Source: Eledone cirrhosa | Taxonomy: Eukaryota | Direction: 5' to 3' | DNA: 64,000 nucleotides | NCBI GenBank assembly: GCA_964016885.1 | Contig: OZ024742.1 | Coordinates: 367,536,001 to 367,600,000 of the forward strand | Shown: piece by piece, positions 1 to 13,300 of the stretch | How the letters are laid out: the number at the start of each line of letters is the position of its first letter | How positions within the stretch are numbered: the stretch's first letter is position 1 | Made by a program: the position numbers and the translations under genes | Notes under the pieces: generated by a model | Seen by the model: the letters and a program-made list of their open reading frames with translations, nothing else | What the model was told of the DNA's origin: nothing | Database searches by the model: none

Positions 1-2
1 GG

Positions 3-14
3 TCGAATGTTCGA
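3..14. other. Dyad 1 of monomer: TCGAA-TG-TTCGA inverted repeat containing nGAAnnTTCn (first copy shown; present in most monomers)
   Basis: 5-bp arms with a 2-nt spacer, two TCGA (TaqI) sites and two CpGs, read directly from the sequence. Confidence 0.9.
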
Positions 15-19
15 TTGGG

Positions 20-33
20 AAACCAGCTGGTTT
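20..33. other. Dyad 2 of monomer: perfect 14-bp palindrome AAACCAGCTGGTTT with CAGCTG (PvuII/E-box) core (first copy shown)
   Basis: The sequence is its own reverse complement. It becomes the 16-bp AAAACCAGCTGGTTTT in the common G19A variant. Confidence 0.93.
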
Positions 34-120
34 TATCTGGTCCTGTATCATTTGGTGACCACTAATGGTCGAATGTTCGATTGGGAAACCAGCTGGTTTT
101 ATCTGGTCCTGATTCATTTG

Positions 121-128
121 GTGATCAC
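121..128. other. Dyad 3 of monomer: palindrome GTGATCAC (BclI/GATC core), monomer positions 55-62 (second copy shown)
   Basis: Perfect 8-bp palindrome. It extends to AGTGATCACT in the G54A variant and to an imperfect CATT(T)GGTGATCACTAATG in the C64A variant. Confidence 0.9.
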
Positions 129-1259
129 TCATGGTCGAATGTTCGATTGGGAAATCAGCTGGTTTTATCTGGTCCTGTATCATTTGGTGATCACTCATGG
201 TCGAATGTTCGATTGGGAAACCAGCTGGTTTTATCTGGTCCTGTATCATTTGGTAATCACTCATGGTCGGATGTTCGATTGTGAAACAAGCTGGTTTTAT
301 CTGGTCCTGTATCATTTGGTGATCACTCATGGTCGAATGTTCGATTGGGAAACCAGCTGGTTTTATCTGGTCCTGTATCATTTGGTGATCACTCATGGTC
401 GAATGTTCGATTGGGAAACCAGCTGGTTTTATCTGGTCCTGTATCATTTGGTAATCACTCATGGTCGGATGTTCGATTGTGAAATCAGCTGGTTTTATCT
501 GGTCCTGTATCATTTGGTGATCACTCATGGTCGAATGTTCGATTGGGAAATCAGCTGGTTTTATCTGGTCCTGTATCATTTGGTGATCACTCATGGTCGA
601 ATGTTCGATTGGGAAACAAGCTGGTTTTATCTGGTCCTGTATCATTTCGTGATCACTCATGGTCGAATGTTCGATTGGGAAACCAGCTGGTTTTATCTGG
701 TCCTGTATTTTTTGGTGATCACTCATGGTCGAATGTTCGATTCGGAAACCAGCTGGTTTTATCTGGACCTGTATCATTTGGTGATCACTCATGGTCGAAT
801 GTTCGATTGGGAAACCAGCTGGTTTTATCTGGTCCTGTATCATTTGGTGATCACTAATGGTCGAATGTTCGATTGGGAAACCAGCTGGTTTTATCTGGTC
901 CTGTATCATTTGGTGATCACTCATGGTCGAATGTTCGATTGGGAAACCAGCTGGTTTTATCTGGTCCTGATTCATTTGGTGATCACTCATGGTCGAATGT
1001 TCGATTGGGAAATCAGCTGGTTTTATCTGGTCCTGTATCATTTGGTGATCACTCATGGTCGAATGTTCGATTGGGAAATCAGCTGGTTTTATCTGGTCCT
1101 GTATCATTTGGTGATCACTCATGGTCGAAGGTTCGATTGGGAAACCATGCTGGTTTTATCTGGTCCTGTATCATTTGGTGTTCACTAATGGTCGAATGTT
1201 CGATTGGGAAACCAGCTGGTTTTATCTGGTCCTGTATCATTTGGTGACCACTCATGGTC

Positions 1260-4200
1260 GAATGTTCGATTGGGAAACCAGCTGGTTTTATCTGGTCCTG
1301 TATCATTTGGTGATCACTATTGGTCGAATGTTCGATTGGGAAACCAGCTGGTTTTATCTGGTCCTGTATCATTTGGTGATCACTCATGATCGAATGTTCG
1401 ATTGGGAAACCAGCTGGTTTTATCTGGTCCTGTATCATTTGGTGATCACTCATGGTCGAATGTTCGATTGGGAAATCAGCTGGTTTTATCTGGTCCTGTA
1501 TCATTTGGTGATCACTATTGGTCGAATGTTCGATTGGGAAACCAGCTGGTTTTATCTGGTCCTGTATCATTTGGTGATCACTCATGGTCGAATGTTCGAT
1601 TGGGAAACCAGCTGGTTTTATCTGGTTCTGTATCATTTGGTGATCACTCATGGTCGAATGTTCGATTGGAAAACCAGCTGGTTTTATCTGGTCCTGTATC
1701 ATTTGGTGATCACTCATGGTCGAATGTTCGATTGGGAAACCAGCTGGTTTTATCTGGGCCTGTGTCATTTGGTGATCACTAATGTTCGAATGTTCGATTG
1801 GGAAACAAGCTGGTTTTATCTGGTCCTGTATCATTTGGTGATCACTCATGGTCGAATGTTCGATTGGGAAATCAGCTGGTTTTATCTGGTCCTGTATCAT
1901 TTGGTGATCACTCATGGTCGAATGTTCGATTGGGAAATCAGCTGGTTTTATCTGGTCCTGTATCATTTGGTGATCACTCATGGTCGAATGTTCGATTGGG
2001 AAACCAGCTGGTTTTATCTGGTCCTGTATCATTTGGTAATCACTCATGGTCGGATGTTCGATTGTGAAACAAGCTGGTTTTATCTGGTCCTGTATCATTT
2101 GGTGATCACTCATGGTCGAATGTTCGATTGGGAAATCAGCTGGTTTTATCTGGTCCTGTATCATTTGGTGATCACTCATGGTCGAATGTTCGATTGGGAA
2201 ACAAGCTGGTTTTATCTGGTCCTGTATCATTTCGTGATCACTCATGGTCGAATGTTCGATTGGGAAACCAGCTGGTTTTATCTGGTCCTGTATTTTTTGG
2301 TGATCACTCATGGTCGAATGTTCGATTCGGAAACCAGCTGGTTTTATCTGGACCTGTATCATTTGGTGATCACTCATGGTCGAATGTTCGATTGGGAAAC
2401 CAGCTGGTTTTATCTGGTCCTGTATCATTTGGTGATCACTAATGGGCGAATGTTCGATTGGGAAACCAGCTGGTTTTATCTGGGCCTGTGTCATTTGGTG
2501 ATCACTAATGGTCGAATTTTCGATTGGGAAACTAGCTGGTTTTATCTGGTCCTGTATCATTTGGTGATCACTCATGGTCGAAGGTTCGATTGGGAAACCA
2601 TGCTGGTTTTATCTGGTCCTGTATCATTTGGTGTTCACTAATGGTCGAATGTTCGATTGGGAAACCAGCTGGTTTTATCTGGTCCTGTATCATTTGGTGA
2701 CCACTCATGGTCGAATGTTCGATTGGGAAACCAGCTGGTTTTATCTGGTCCTGTATCATTTGGTGATCACTAATGGGCGAATGTTCGATTGGGAAACCAG
2801 CTGGTTTTATCTGGTCCTGTATCATTTGGTGATCACTATTGGTCGAATGTTCGATTGGGAAACCAGCTGGTTTTATCTGGTCCTGTATCATTTGGTGACC
2901 ACTAATGGTCGAATGTTCGATTGGGAAACCAGCTGGTTTTATCTGGTCCTGATTCATTTGGTGATCACTCATGGTCGAATGTTCGATTGGGAAATCAGCT
3001 GGTTTTATCTGGTCCTGTATCATTTGGTGATCACTCATGGTCGAATGTTCGATTGGGAAACCAGCTGGTTTTATCTGGTCCTGTATCATTTGGTAATCAC
3101 TCATGGTCGGATGTTCGATTGTGAAACAAGCTGGTTTTATCTGGTCCTGTATCATTTGGTGATCACTCATGGTCGAATGTTCGATTGGGAAACCAGCTGG
3201 TTTTATCTGGTCCTGTATCATTTGGTGATCACTCATGGTCGAATGTTCGATTGGGAAACCAGCTGGTTTTATCTGGTCCTGTATCATTTGGTAATCACTC
3301 ATGGTCGGATGTTCGATTGTGAAATCAGCTGGTTTTATCTGGTCCTGTATCATTTGGTGATCACTCATGGTCGAATGTTCGATTGGGAAATCAGCTGGTT
3401 TTATCTGGTCCTGTATCATTTGGTGATCACTCATGGTCGAATGTTCGATTGGGAAACAAGCTGGTTTTATCTGGTCCTGTATCATTTCGTGATCACTCAT
3501 GGTCGAATGTTCGATTGGGAAACCAGCTGGTTTTATCTGGTCCTGTATTTTTTGGTGATCACTCATGGTCGAATGTTCGATTCGGAAACCAGCTGGTTTT
3601 ATCTGGACCTGTATCATTTGGTGATCACTCATGGTCGAATGTTCGATTGGGAAACCAGCTGGTTTTATCTGGTCCTGTATCATTTGGTGATCACTAATGG
3701 TCGAATGTTCGATTGGGAAACCAGCTGGTTTTATCTGGTCCTGTATCATTTGGTGATCACTCATGGTCGAATGTTCGATTGGGAAACCAGCTGGTTTTAT
3801 CTGGTCCTGATTCATTTGGTGATCACTCATGGTCGAATGTTCGATTGGGAAATCAGCTGGTTTTATCTGGTCCTGTATCATTTGGTGATCACTCATGGTC
3901 GAATGTTCGATTGGGAAATCAGCTGGTTTTATCTGGTCCTGTATCATTTGGTGATCACTCATGGTCGAAGGTTCGATTGGGAAACCATGCTGGTTTTATC
4001 TGGTCCTGTATCATTTGGTGTTCACTAATGGTCGAATGTTCGATTGGGAAACCAGCTGGTTTTATCTGGTCCTGTATCATTTGGTGACCACTCATGGTCG
4101 AATGTTCGATTGGGAAACCAGCTGGTTTTATCTGGTCCTGTATCATTTGGTGATCACTCATGGTCGAATGTTCGATTGGGAAACAAGCTGGTTTTATCTG

Positions 4201-7200
4201 GTCCTGTATCATTTCGTGATCACTCATGGTCGAATGTTCGATTGGGAAACCAGCTGGTTTTATCTGGTCCTGTATTTTTTGGTGATCACTCATGGTCGAA
4301 TGTTCGATTCGGAAACCAGCTGGTTTTATCTGGACCTGTATCATTTGGTGATCACTCATGGTCGAATGTTTGATTGGGAAACCAGCTGGTTTTATCTGGT
4401 CCTGTATCATTTGGTGATCACTAATGGTCGAATGTTCGATTGGGAAACCAGCTGGTTTTATCTGGTCCTGTATCATTTGGTGATCACTCATGGTCGAATG
4501 TTCGATTGGGAAACCAGCTGGTTTTATCTGGTCCTGTATCATTTGGTGATCACTAATGGGCGAATGTTCGATTGGGAAACCAGCTGGTTTTATCTGGGCC
4601 TGTGTCATTTGGTGATCACTAATGGTCGAATGTTCGATTGGGAAACTAGCTGGTTTTATCTGGTCCTGTATCATTTGGTGATCACTCATGGTCGAAGGTT
4701 CGATTGGGAAACCATGCTGGTTTTATCTGGTCCTGTATCATTTGGTGTTCACTAATGGTCGAATGTTCGATTGGGAAACCAGCTGGTTTTATCTGGTCCT
4801 GTATCATTTGGTGACCACTCATGGTCGAATGTTCGATTGGGAAACCAGCTGGTTTTATCTGGTCCTGTATCATTTGGTGATCACTAATGGGCGAATGTTC
4901 GATTGGGAAACCAGCTGGTTTTATCTGGTCCTGTATCATTTGGTGTTCACTAATGGTCGAATGTTCGATTGGGAAACCAGCTGGTTTTATCTGGTCCTGT
5001 ATCATTTGGTGACCACTAATGGTCGAATGATCGATTGGGAAACCAGCTGGTTTTATCTGGTCCTGTATCATTTGGTGATCACTATTGGTCGATTGTTCGA
5101 TTGGGAAACCAGTTGGTTTTATCTGGTCCTGTATCATTTGGTGATCACTCATGGTCGAATGTTCGATTGGAAAACCAGCTGGTTTTATCTGGTCCTGTAT
5201 CATTTGGTGATCACTCATGGTCGAATGTTCGAATGGGAAACCAGCTGGTTTTATCTGGTCCTGTATCATTTGGTGATCACTAATGGGCGAATGTTCGATT
5301 GGGAAACCAGCTGGTTTTATCTGGGCCTGTGTCATTTGGTGATCACTAATGGTCGAATGTTCGATTGGGAAACCAGCTGGTTTTATCTGGTCCTGATTCA
5401 TTTGGTGATCACTATTGGTCGAATGTTCGATTGGGAAACCAGCTGGTTTTATCTGGTCCTGTATCATTTGGTGATCACTCATGGTCGAATGTTCGATTGG
5501 GAAACCAGCTGGTTTTATCTGGTCCTGTATCATTTGGTGATCACTAATGGTCGAATGTTCGATTGGGAAACCAGCTGGTTTTATCTGGTCCTGTGTCATT
5601 TGGTGATCACTCATGGTCGAATGTTCGATTGGGAAACCAGCTGGTTTTATCTGGTCCTGTATCATTTGGTGATCACTAATGGTCGAATGTTCGATTGGGA
5701 AACCAGCTGGTTTTATCTGGTCCTGTGTCATTTGGTGATCACTCATGGTCGAATGTTCGATTGGGAAACCAGCTGGTTTTATCTGGTCCTGTATCATTTG
5801 GTGATCACTATTGGTCGAATGTTCGATTGGGAAACCAGCTGGTTTTATCTGGTCCTGTATCATTTGGTGATCACTCATGATCGAATGTTCGATTGGGAAA
5901 CCAGCTGGTTTTATCTGGTCCTGTATCATTTGGTGATCACTCATGGTCGAATGTTCGATTGGGAAATCAGCTGGTTTTATCTGGTCCTGTATCATTTGGT
6001 GATCACTATTGGTCGAATGTTCGATTGGGAAACCAGCTGGTTTTATCTGGTCCTGTATCATTTGGTGATCACTCATGGTCGAATGTTCGATTGGGAAACC
6101 AGCTGGTTTTATCTGGTTCTGTATCATTTGGTGATCACTCATGGTCGAATGTTCGATTGGAAAACCAGCTGGTTTTATCTGGTCCTGTATCATTTGGTGA
6201 TCACTCATGGTCGAATGTTCGATTGGGAAACCAGCTGGTTTTATCTGGGCCTGTGTCATTTGGTGATCACTAATGTTCGAATGTTCGATTGGGAAACAAG
6301 CTGGTTTTATCTGGTCCTGTATCATTTGGTGATCACTCATGGTCGAATGTTCGATTGGGAAATCAGCTGGTTTTATCTGGTCCTGTATCATTTGGTGATC
6401 ACTCATGGTCGAATGTTCGATTGGGAAATCAGCTGGTTTTATCTGGTCCTGTATCATTTGGTGATCACTCATGGTCGAATGTTCGATTGGGAAACCAGCT
6501 GGTTTTATCTGGTCCTGTATCATTTGGTAATCACTCATGGTCGGATGTTCGATTGTGAAACAAGCTGGTTTTATCTGGTCCTGTATCATTTGGTGATCAC
6601 TCATGGTCGAATGTTCGATTGGGAAATCAGCTGGTTTTATCTGGTCCTGTATCATTTGGTGATCACTCATGGTCGAATGTTCGATTGGGAAACAAGCTGG
6701 TTTTATCTGGTCCTGTATCATTTCGTGATCACTCATGGTCGAATGTTCGATTGGGAAACCAGCTGGTTTTATCTGGTCCTGTATTTTTTGGTGATCACTT
6801 ATGGTCGAATGTTCGATTCGGAAACCAGCTGGTTTTATCTGGACCTGTATCATTTGGTGATCACTCATGGTCGAATGTTCGATTGGGAAACCAGCTGGTT
6901 TTATCTGGTCCTGTATCATTTGGTGATCACTAATGGGCGAATGTTCGATTGGGAAACCAGCTGGTTTTATCTGGGCCTGTGTCATTTGGTGATCACTAAT
7001 GGTCGAATTTTCGATTGGGAAACTAGCTGGTTTTATCTGGTCCTGTATCATTTGGTGATCACTCATGGTCGAAGGTTCGATTGGGAAACCATGCTGGTTT
7101 TATCTGGTCCTGTATCATTTGGTGTTCACTAATGGTCGAATGTTCGATTGGGAAACCAGCTGGTTTTATCTGGTCCTGTATCATTTGGTGACCACTCATG

Positions 7201-10050
7201 GTCGAATGTTCGATTGGGAAACCAGCTGGTTTTATCTGGTCCTGTATCATTTGGTGATCACTAATGGGCGAATGTTCGATTGGGAAACCAGCTGGTTTTA
7301 TCTGGTCCTGTATCATTTGGTGATCACTATTGGTCGAATGTTCGATTGGGAAACCAGCTGGTTTTATCTGGTCCTGTATCATTTGGTGACCACTAATGGT
7401 CGAATGTTCGATTGGGAAACCAGCTGGTTTTATCTGGTCCTGATTCATTTGGTGATCACTCATGGTCGAATGTTCGATTGGGAAATCAGCTGGTTTTATC
7501 TGGTCCTGTATCATTTGGTGATCACTCATGGTCGAATGTTCGATTGGGAAACCAGCTGGTTTTATCTGGTCCTGTATCATTTGGTAATCACTCATGGTCG
7601 GATGTTCGATTGTGAAACAAGCTGGTTTTATCTGGTCCTGTATCATTTGGTGATCACTCATGGTCGAATGTTCGATTGGGAAACCAGCTGGTTTTATCTG
7701 GTCCTGTATCATTTGGTGATCACTCATGGTCGAATGTTCGATTGGGAAACCAGCTGGTTTTATCTGGTCCTGTATCATTTGGTAATCACTCATGGTCGGA
7801 TGTTCGATTGTGAAATCAGCTGGTTTTATCTGGTCCTGTATCATTTGGTGATCACTCATGGTCGAATGTTCGATTGGGAAATCAGCTGGTTTTATCTGGT
7901 CCTGTATCATTTGGTGATCACTCATGGTCGAATGTTCGATTGGGAAACAAGCTGGTTTTATCTGGTCCTGTATCATTTCGTGATCACTCATGGTCGAATG
8001 TTCGATTGGGAAACCAGCTGGTTTTATCTGGTCCTGTATTTTTTGGTGATCACTCATGGTCGAATGTTCGATTCGGAAACCAGCTGGTTTTATCTGGACC
8101 TGTATCATTTGGTGATCACTCATGGTCGAATGTTCGATTGGGAAACCAGCTGGTTTTATCTGGTCCTGTATCATTTGGTGATCACTAATGGTCGAATGTT
8201 CGATTGGGAAACCAGCTGGTTTTATCTGGTCCTGTATCATTTGGTGATCACTCATGGTCGAATGTTCGATTGGGAAACCAGCTGGTTTTATCTGGTCCTG
8301 ATTCATTTGGTGATCACTCATGGTCGAATGTTCGATTGGGAAATCAGCTGGTTTTATCTGGTCCTGTATCATTTGGTGATCACTCATGGTCGAATGTTCG
8401 ATTGGGAAATCAGCTGGTTTTATCTGGTCCTGTATCATTTGGTGATCACTCATGGTCGAAGGTTCGATTGGGAAACCATGCTGGTTTTATCTGGTCCTGT
8501 ATCATTTGGTGTTCACTAATGGTCGAATGTTCGATTGGGAAACCAGCTGGTTTTATCTGGTCCTGTATCATTTGGTGACCACTCATGGTCGAATGTTCGA
8601 TTGGGAAACCAGCTGGTTTTATCTGGTCCTGTATCATTTGGTGATCACTCATGGTCGAATGTTCGATTGGGAAACAAGCTGGTTTTATCTGGTCCTGTAT
8701 CATTTCGTGATCACTCATGGTCGAATGTTCGATTGGGAAACCAGCTGGTTTTATCTGGTCCTGTATTTTTTGGTGATCACTCATGGTCGAATGTTCGATT
8801 CGGAAACCAGCTGGTTTTATCTGGACCTGTATCATTTGGTGATCACTCATGGTCGAATGTTTGATTGGGAAACCAGCTGGTTTTATCTGGTCCTGTATCA
8901 TTTGGTGATCACTAATGGTCGAATGTTCGATTGGGAAACCAGCTGGTTTTATCTGGTCCTGTATCATTTGGTGATCACTCATGGTCGAATGTTCGATTGG
9001 GAAACCAGCTGGTTTTATCTGGTCCTGTATCATTTGGTGATCACTAATGGGCGAATGTTCGATTGGGAAACCAGCTGGTTTTATCTGGGCCTGTGTCATT
9101 TGGTGATCACTAATGGTCGAATGTTCGATTGGGAAACTAGCTGGTTTTATCTGGTCCTGTATCATTTGGTGATCACTCATGGTCGAAGGTTCGATTGGGA
9201 AACCATGCTGGTTTTATCTGGTCCTGTATCATTTGGTGTTCACTAATGGTCGAATGTTCGATTGGGAAACCAGCTGGTTTTATCTGGTCCTGTATCATTT
9301 GGTGACCACTCATGGTCGAATGTTCGATTGGGAAACCAGCTGGTTTTATCTGGTCCTGTATCATTTGGTGATCACTAATGGGCGAATGTTCGATTGGGAA
9401 ACCAGCTGGTTTTATCTGGTCCTGTATCATTTGGTGTTCACTAATGGTCGAATGTTCGATTGGGAAACCAGCTGGTTTTATCTGGTCCTGTATCATTTGG
9501 TGACCACTAATGGTCGAATGATCGATTGGGAAACCAGCTGGTTTTATCTGGTCCTGTATCATTTGGTGATCACTATTGGTCGATTGTTCGATTGGGAAAC
9601 CAGTTGGTTTTATCTGGTCCTGTATCATTTGGTGATCACTCATGGTCGAATGTTCGATTGGAAAACCAGCTGGTTTTATCTGGTCCTGTATCATTTGGTG
9701 ATCACTCATGGTCGAATGTTCGAATGGGAAACCAGCTGGTTTTATCTGGTCCTGTATCATTTGGTGATCACTAATGGGCGAATGTTCGATTGGGAAACCA
9801 GCTGGTTTTATCTGGGCCTGTGTCATTTGGTGATCACTAATGGTCGAATGTTCGATTGGGAAACCAGCTGGTTTTATCTGGTCCTGATTCATTTGGTGAT
9901 CACTATTGGTCGAATGTTCGATTGGGAAACCAGCTGGTTTTATCTGGTCCTGTATCATTTGGTGATCACTCATGGTCGAATGTTCGATTGGGAAACCAGC
10001 TGGTTTTATCTGGTCCTGTATCATTTGGTGATCACTAATGGTCGAATGTT
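1260..10050. repeat. Higher-order tandem duplication, period 4491 bp (68 monomers + 3 bp), about 2 copies
   Basis: ORF pairs 1402/5893, 2574/7065, 3961/8452, 4688/9179 and 5365/9856 all differ by 4491. Each period contains three +1 insertions (ACCATGCTGG). Boundaries are approximate. Confidence 0.92.
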
Positions 10051-10399
10051 CGATTGGAAAACCAGCTGGTTTTATCTGGTCCTGTATCATTTGGTGATCA
10101 CTCATGGTCGAATGTTCGATTGGAAAACCAGTTGGTTTTATCTGGTCCTGTATCATTTGGTGATCACTCATGGTCGAATGTTCGATTGGAAAACCAGCTG
10201 GTTTTATCTGGTCCTGTATCATTTGGTGATCACTCATGGTCGAATGTTCGATTGGGAAACCAGCTGGTTTTATCTGGTCCTGTATCATTTGGTGATCACT
10301 CATGGTCGAATGTTCGATTGGAAAACCAGCTCGTTTTATCTGGTCCTATATCATTTGGTGATCACTCATGGTCGAAAGTTCGATTGGGAAACCAGCTGG

Positions 10400-13300
10400 T
10401 TTTATCTGGTCCTGTATCATTTAGTGATCACTCATGGTCGAATGTTCGATTGGGAAACCAGCTGGTTTTATCTGGTCCTGTATCATTTGGTGATCACTCA
10501 ATTGTCGAATGTTCGATTGCGAAACCAGCTGGTTTTATCTGGTCCTGTATCATTTGGTGATCACTCATGGTCGAATGTTCGATTGGGAAACCAGCTGGTT
10601 TTAACTGGTCCTGTATCATTTGGTGTTCACTAATGGTCGAATGTTCGATTGGGAAACCAGCTGGTTTTATCTGGTCCTGTATCATTTGGTGACCACTAAT
10701 GGTCGAATGTTCGATTGGGAAACCAGCTGGTTTTATCTGGTCCTGATTCATTTGGTGATCACTATTGGTCGAATGTTCGATTGGGAAACCAGTTGGTTTT
10801 ATCTGGTCCTGTATCATTTGGTGATCACTCATGGTCGAATGTTCGATTGGGAAACCAGCTGGTTTTATCTGGTCCTGTATCATTTGGTGATCACTAATGG
10901 TCGAATGTTCGATTGGAAAACCAGCTGGTTTTATCTGGTCCTGTATCATTTGGTGATCACTCATGGTCGAATGTTCGAATGGGAAACCAGCTGGTTTTAT
11001 CTGGTCCTGTATCATTTGGTGATCACTAATGGGCGAATGTTCGATTGGGAAACCAGCTGGTTTTATCTGGGCCTGTGTCATTTGGTGATCACTAATGGTC
11101 GAATGTTCGATTGGGAAACCAGCTGGTTTTATCTGGTCCTGATTCATTTGGTGATCACTATTGGTCGAATGTTCGATTGGGAAACCAGCTGGTTTTATCT
11201 GGTCCTGTATCATTTGGTGATCACTCATGGTCGAATGTTCGATTGGGAAACCAGCTGGTTTTATCTGGTCCTGTATCATTTGGTGATCACTAATGGTCGA
11301 ATGTTCGATTGGAAAACCAGCTGGTTTTATCTGGTCCTGTGTCATTTGGTGATCACTCATGGTCGAATGTTCGATTGGAAAACCAGTTGGTTTTATCTGG
11401 TCCTGTATCATTTGGTGATCACTCATGGTCGAATGTTCGATTGGAAAACCAGCTGGTTTTATCTGGTCCTGTATCATTTGGTGATCACTCATGGTCGAAT
11501 GTTCGATTGGGAAACCAGCTGGTTTTATCTGGTCCTGTATCATTTGGTGACACTCATGGTCGAATGTTCGATTGGAAAACCAGCTCGTTTTATCTGGTCC
11601 TATATCATTTGGTGATCACTCATGGTCGAAAGTTCGATTGGGAAACCAGCTGGTTTTATCTGGTCCTGTATCATTTAGTGATCACTCATGGTCGAATGTT
11701 CGATTGGGAAACCAGCTGGTTTTATCTGGTCCTGTATCATTTGGTGATCACTAATGGGCGAATGTTCGATTGGGAAACCAGCTGGTTTTATCTGGGCCTG
11801 TGTCATTTGGTGATCACTAATGGTCGAATGTTCGATTGGGAAACCAGCTGGTTTTATCTAGTCCTGATTCATTTGGTGATCACTATTGGTCGAATGTTCG
11901 ATTGGGAAACCAGCTGGTTTTATCTGGTCCTGTATCATTTGGTGATCACTCATGGTCGAATGTTCGATTGGGAAACCAGCTGGTTTTATCTGGTCCTGTA
12001 TCATTTGGTGATCACTAATGGTCGAATCTTCGATTGGAAAACCAGCTGGTTTTATCTGGTCCTGTATCATTTGGTGATCACTCATGGTCGAATGTTCGAT
12101 TGGAAAACCAGTTGGTTTTATCTGGTCCTGTATCATTTGGTGATCACTCATGGTCGAATGTTCGATTGGAAAACCAGCTGGTTTTATCTGGTCCTGTATC
12201 ATTTGGTGATCACTCATGGTCGAATGTTCGATTGGGAAACCAGCTGGTTTTATCTGGTCCTGTATCATTTGGTGATCACTCATGGTCGAATATTCGATTG
12301 GGAAACCAGCTGGTTTTATCTGGTCCTGTATCATTTGGTGATCACTAATGGTCGAATGTTCGATTGGAAAACCAGCTGGTTTTATCTGGTCCTGTATCAT
12401 TTGGTGATCACTCATGGTCGAATGTTCGAATGGGAAACCAGCTGGTTTTATCTGGTCCTGTATCATTTGGTGATCACTAATGGGCGAATGTTCGATTGGG
12501 AAACCAGCTGGTTTTATCTGGGCCTGTGTCATTTGGTGATCACTAATGGTCGAATGTTCGATTGGGAAACCAGCTGGTTTTATCTGGTCCTGTATCATTT
12601 GGTGATCACTCATGGTCGAATGTTCGATTGGGAAACCAGCTGGTTTTATCTGGTCCTGTATCAATTGGTGATCACTAATGGTCGAATGTTCGATTGGAAA
12701 ACCAGCTGGTTTTATCTGGTCCTGTATCATTTGGTGATCACTCATGGTCGAATGTTCGATTGGAAAACCAGTTGGTTTTATCTGGTCCTGTATCATTTGG
12801 TGATCACTCATGGTCGAATGTTCGATTGCGAAACCAGCTGGTTTTATCTGGTCCTGTATCATTTGGTGATCACTCATGGTCGAATGTTCGATTGGGAAAC
12901 CAGCTGGTTTTATCTGGTCCTGTATCATTTGCTGATCACTCATGGTCGAATGTTCGATTGGGAAACCAGCTGGTTTTATCTGGTCCTGTATCATTTGGTG
13001 ATCACTCATGGTCGAATGTTCGATTGGAAAACCAGCTGGTTTTATCTGGTCCTGTGTCATTTGGTGATCACTAATGGTCGAATGTTCGATTGGGAAACCA
13101 GCTCGTTTTATCTGGTCCTGTGTCATTTGGCGATCACTAATGGTCGAATGTTCGATTGGGAAACTAGCTGTTTTTATCTGGTCCTGTATCATTTGGTGAT
13201 CACGCATGGTCGAATGTTCGATTGGGAAACCAGCTGGTTTTATCTGGTCCTGTATCATTTGGTGATCACTCATGGTCGAATGTTCGATTGGGAAACTAGC

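Larger units (their letters stand above)
1..4140. repeat. Higher-order duplication, period 2840 bp (43 monomers + 2 bp); upstream copy truncated by the window start
   Basis: The same variant series recurs at 1/2841. ORF pairs 81/2921, 543/3383, 873/3713 and 1121/3961 all differ by 2840. Confidence 0.88.

Noticed and set aside
20-36. Rho-independent terminator or bacterial operator (palindrome followed by TTTT)
   Set aside because: The palindrome has no loop and the T-run is part of its own arm. There is no gene context, and it does not match the GAAC-N4-GTTC LexA box.
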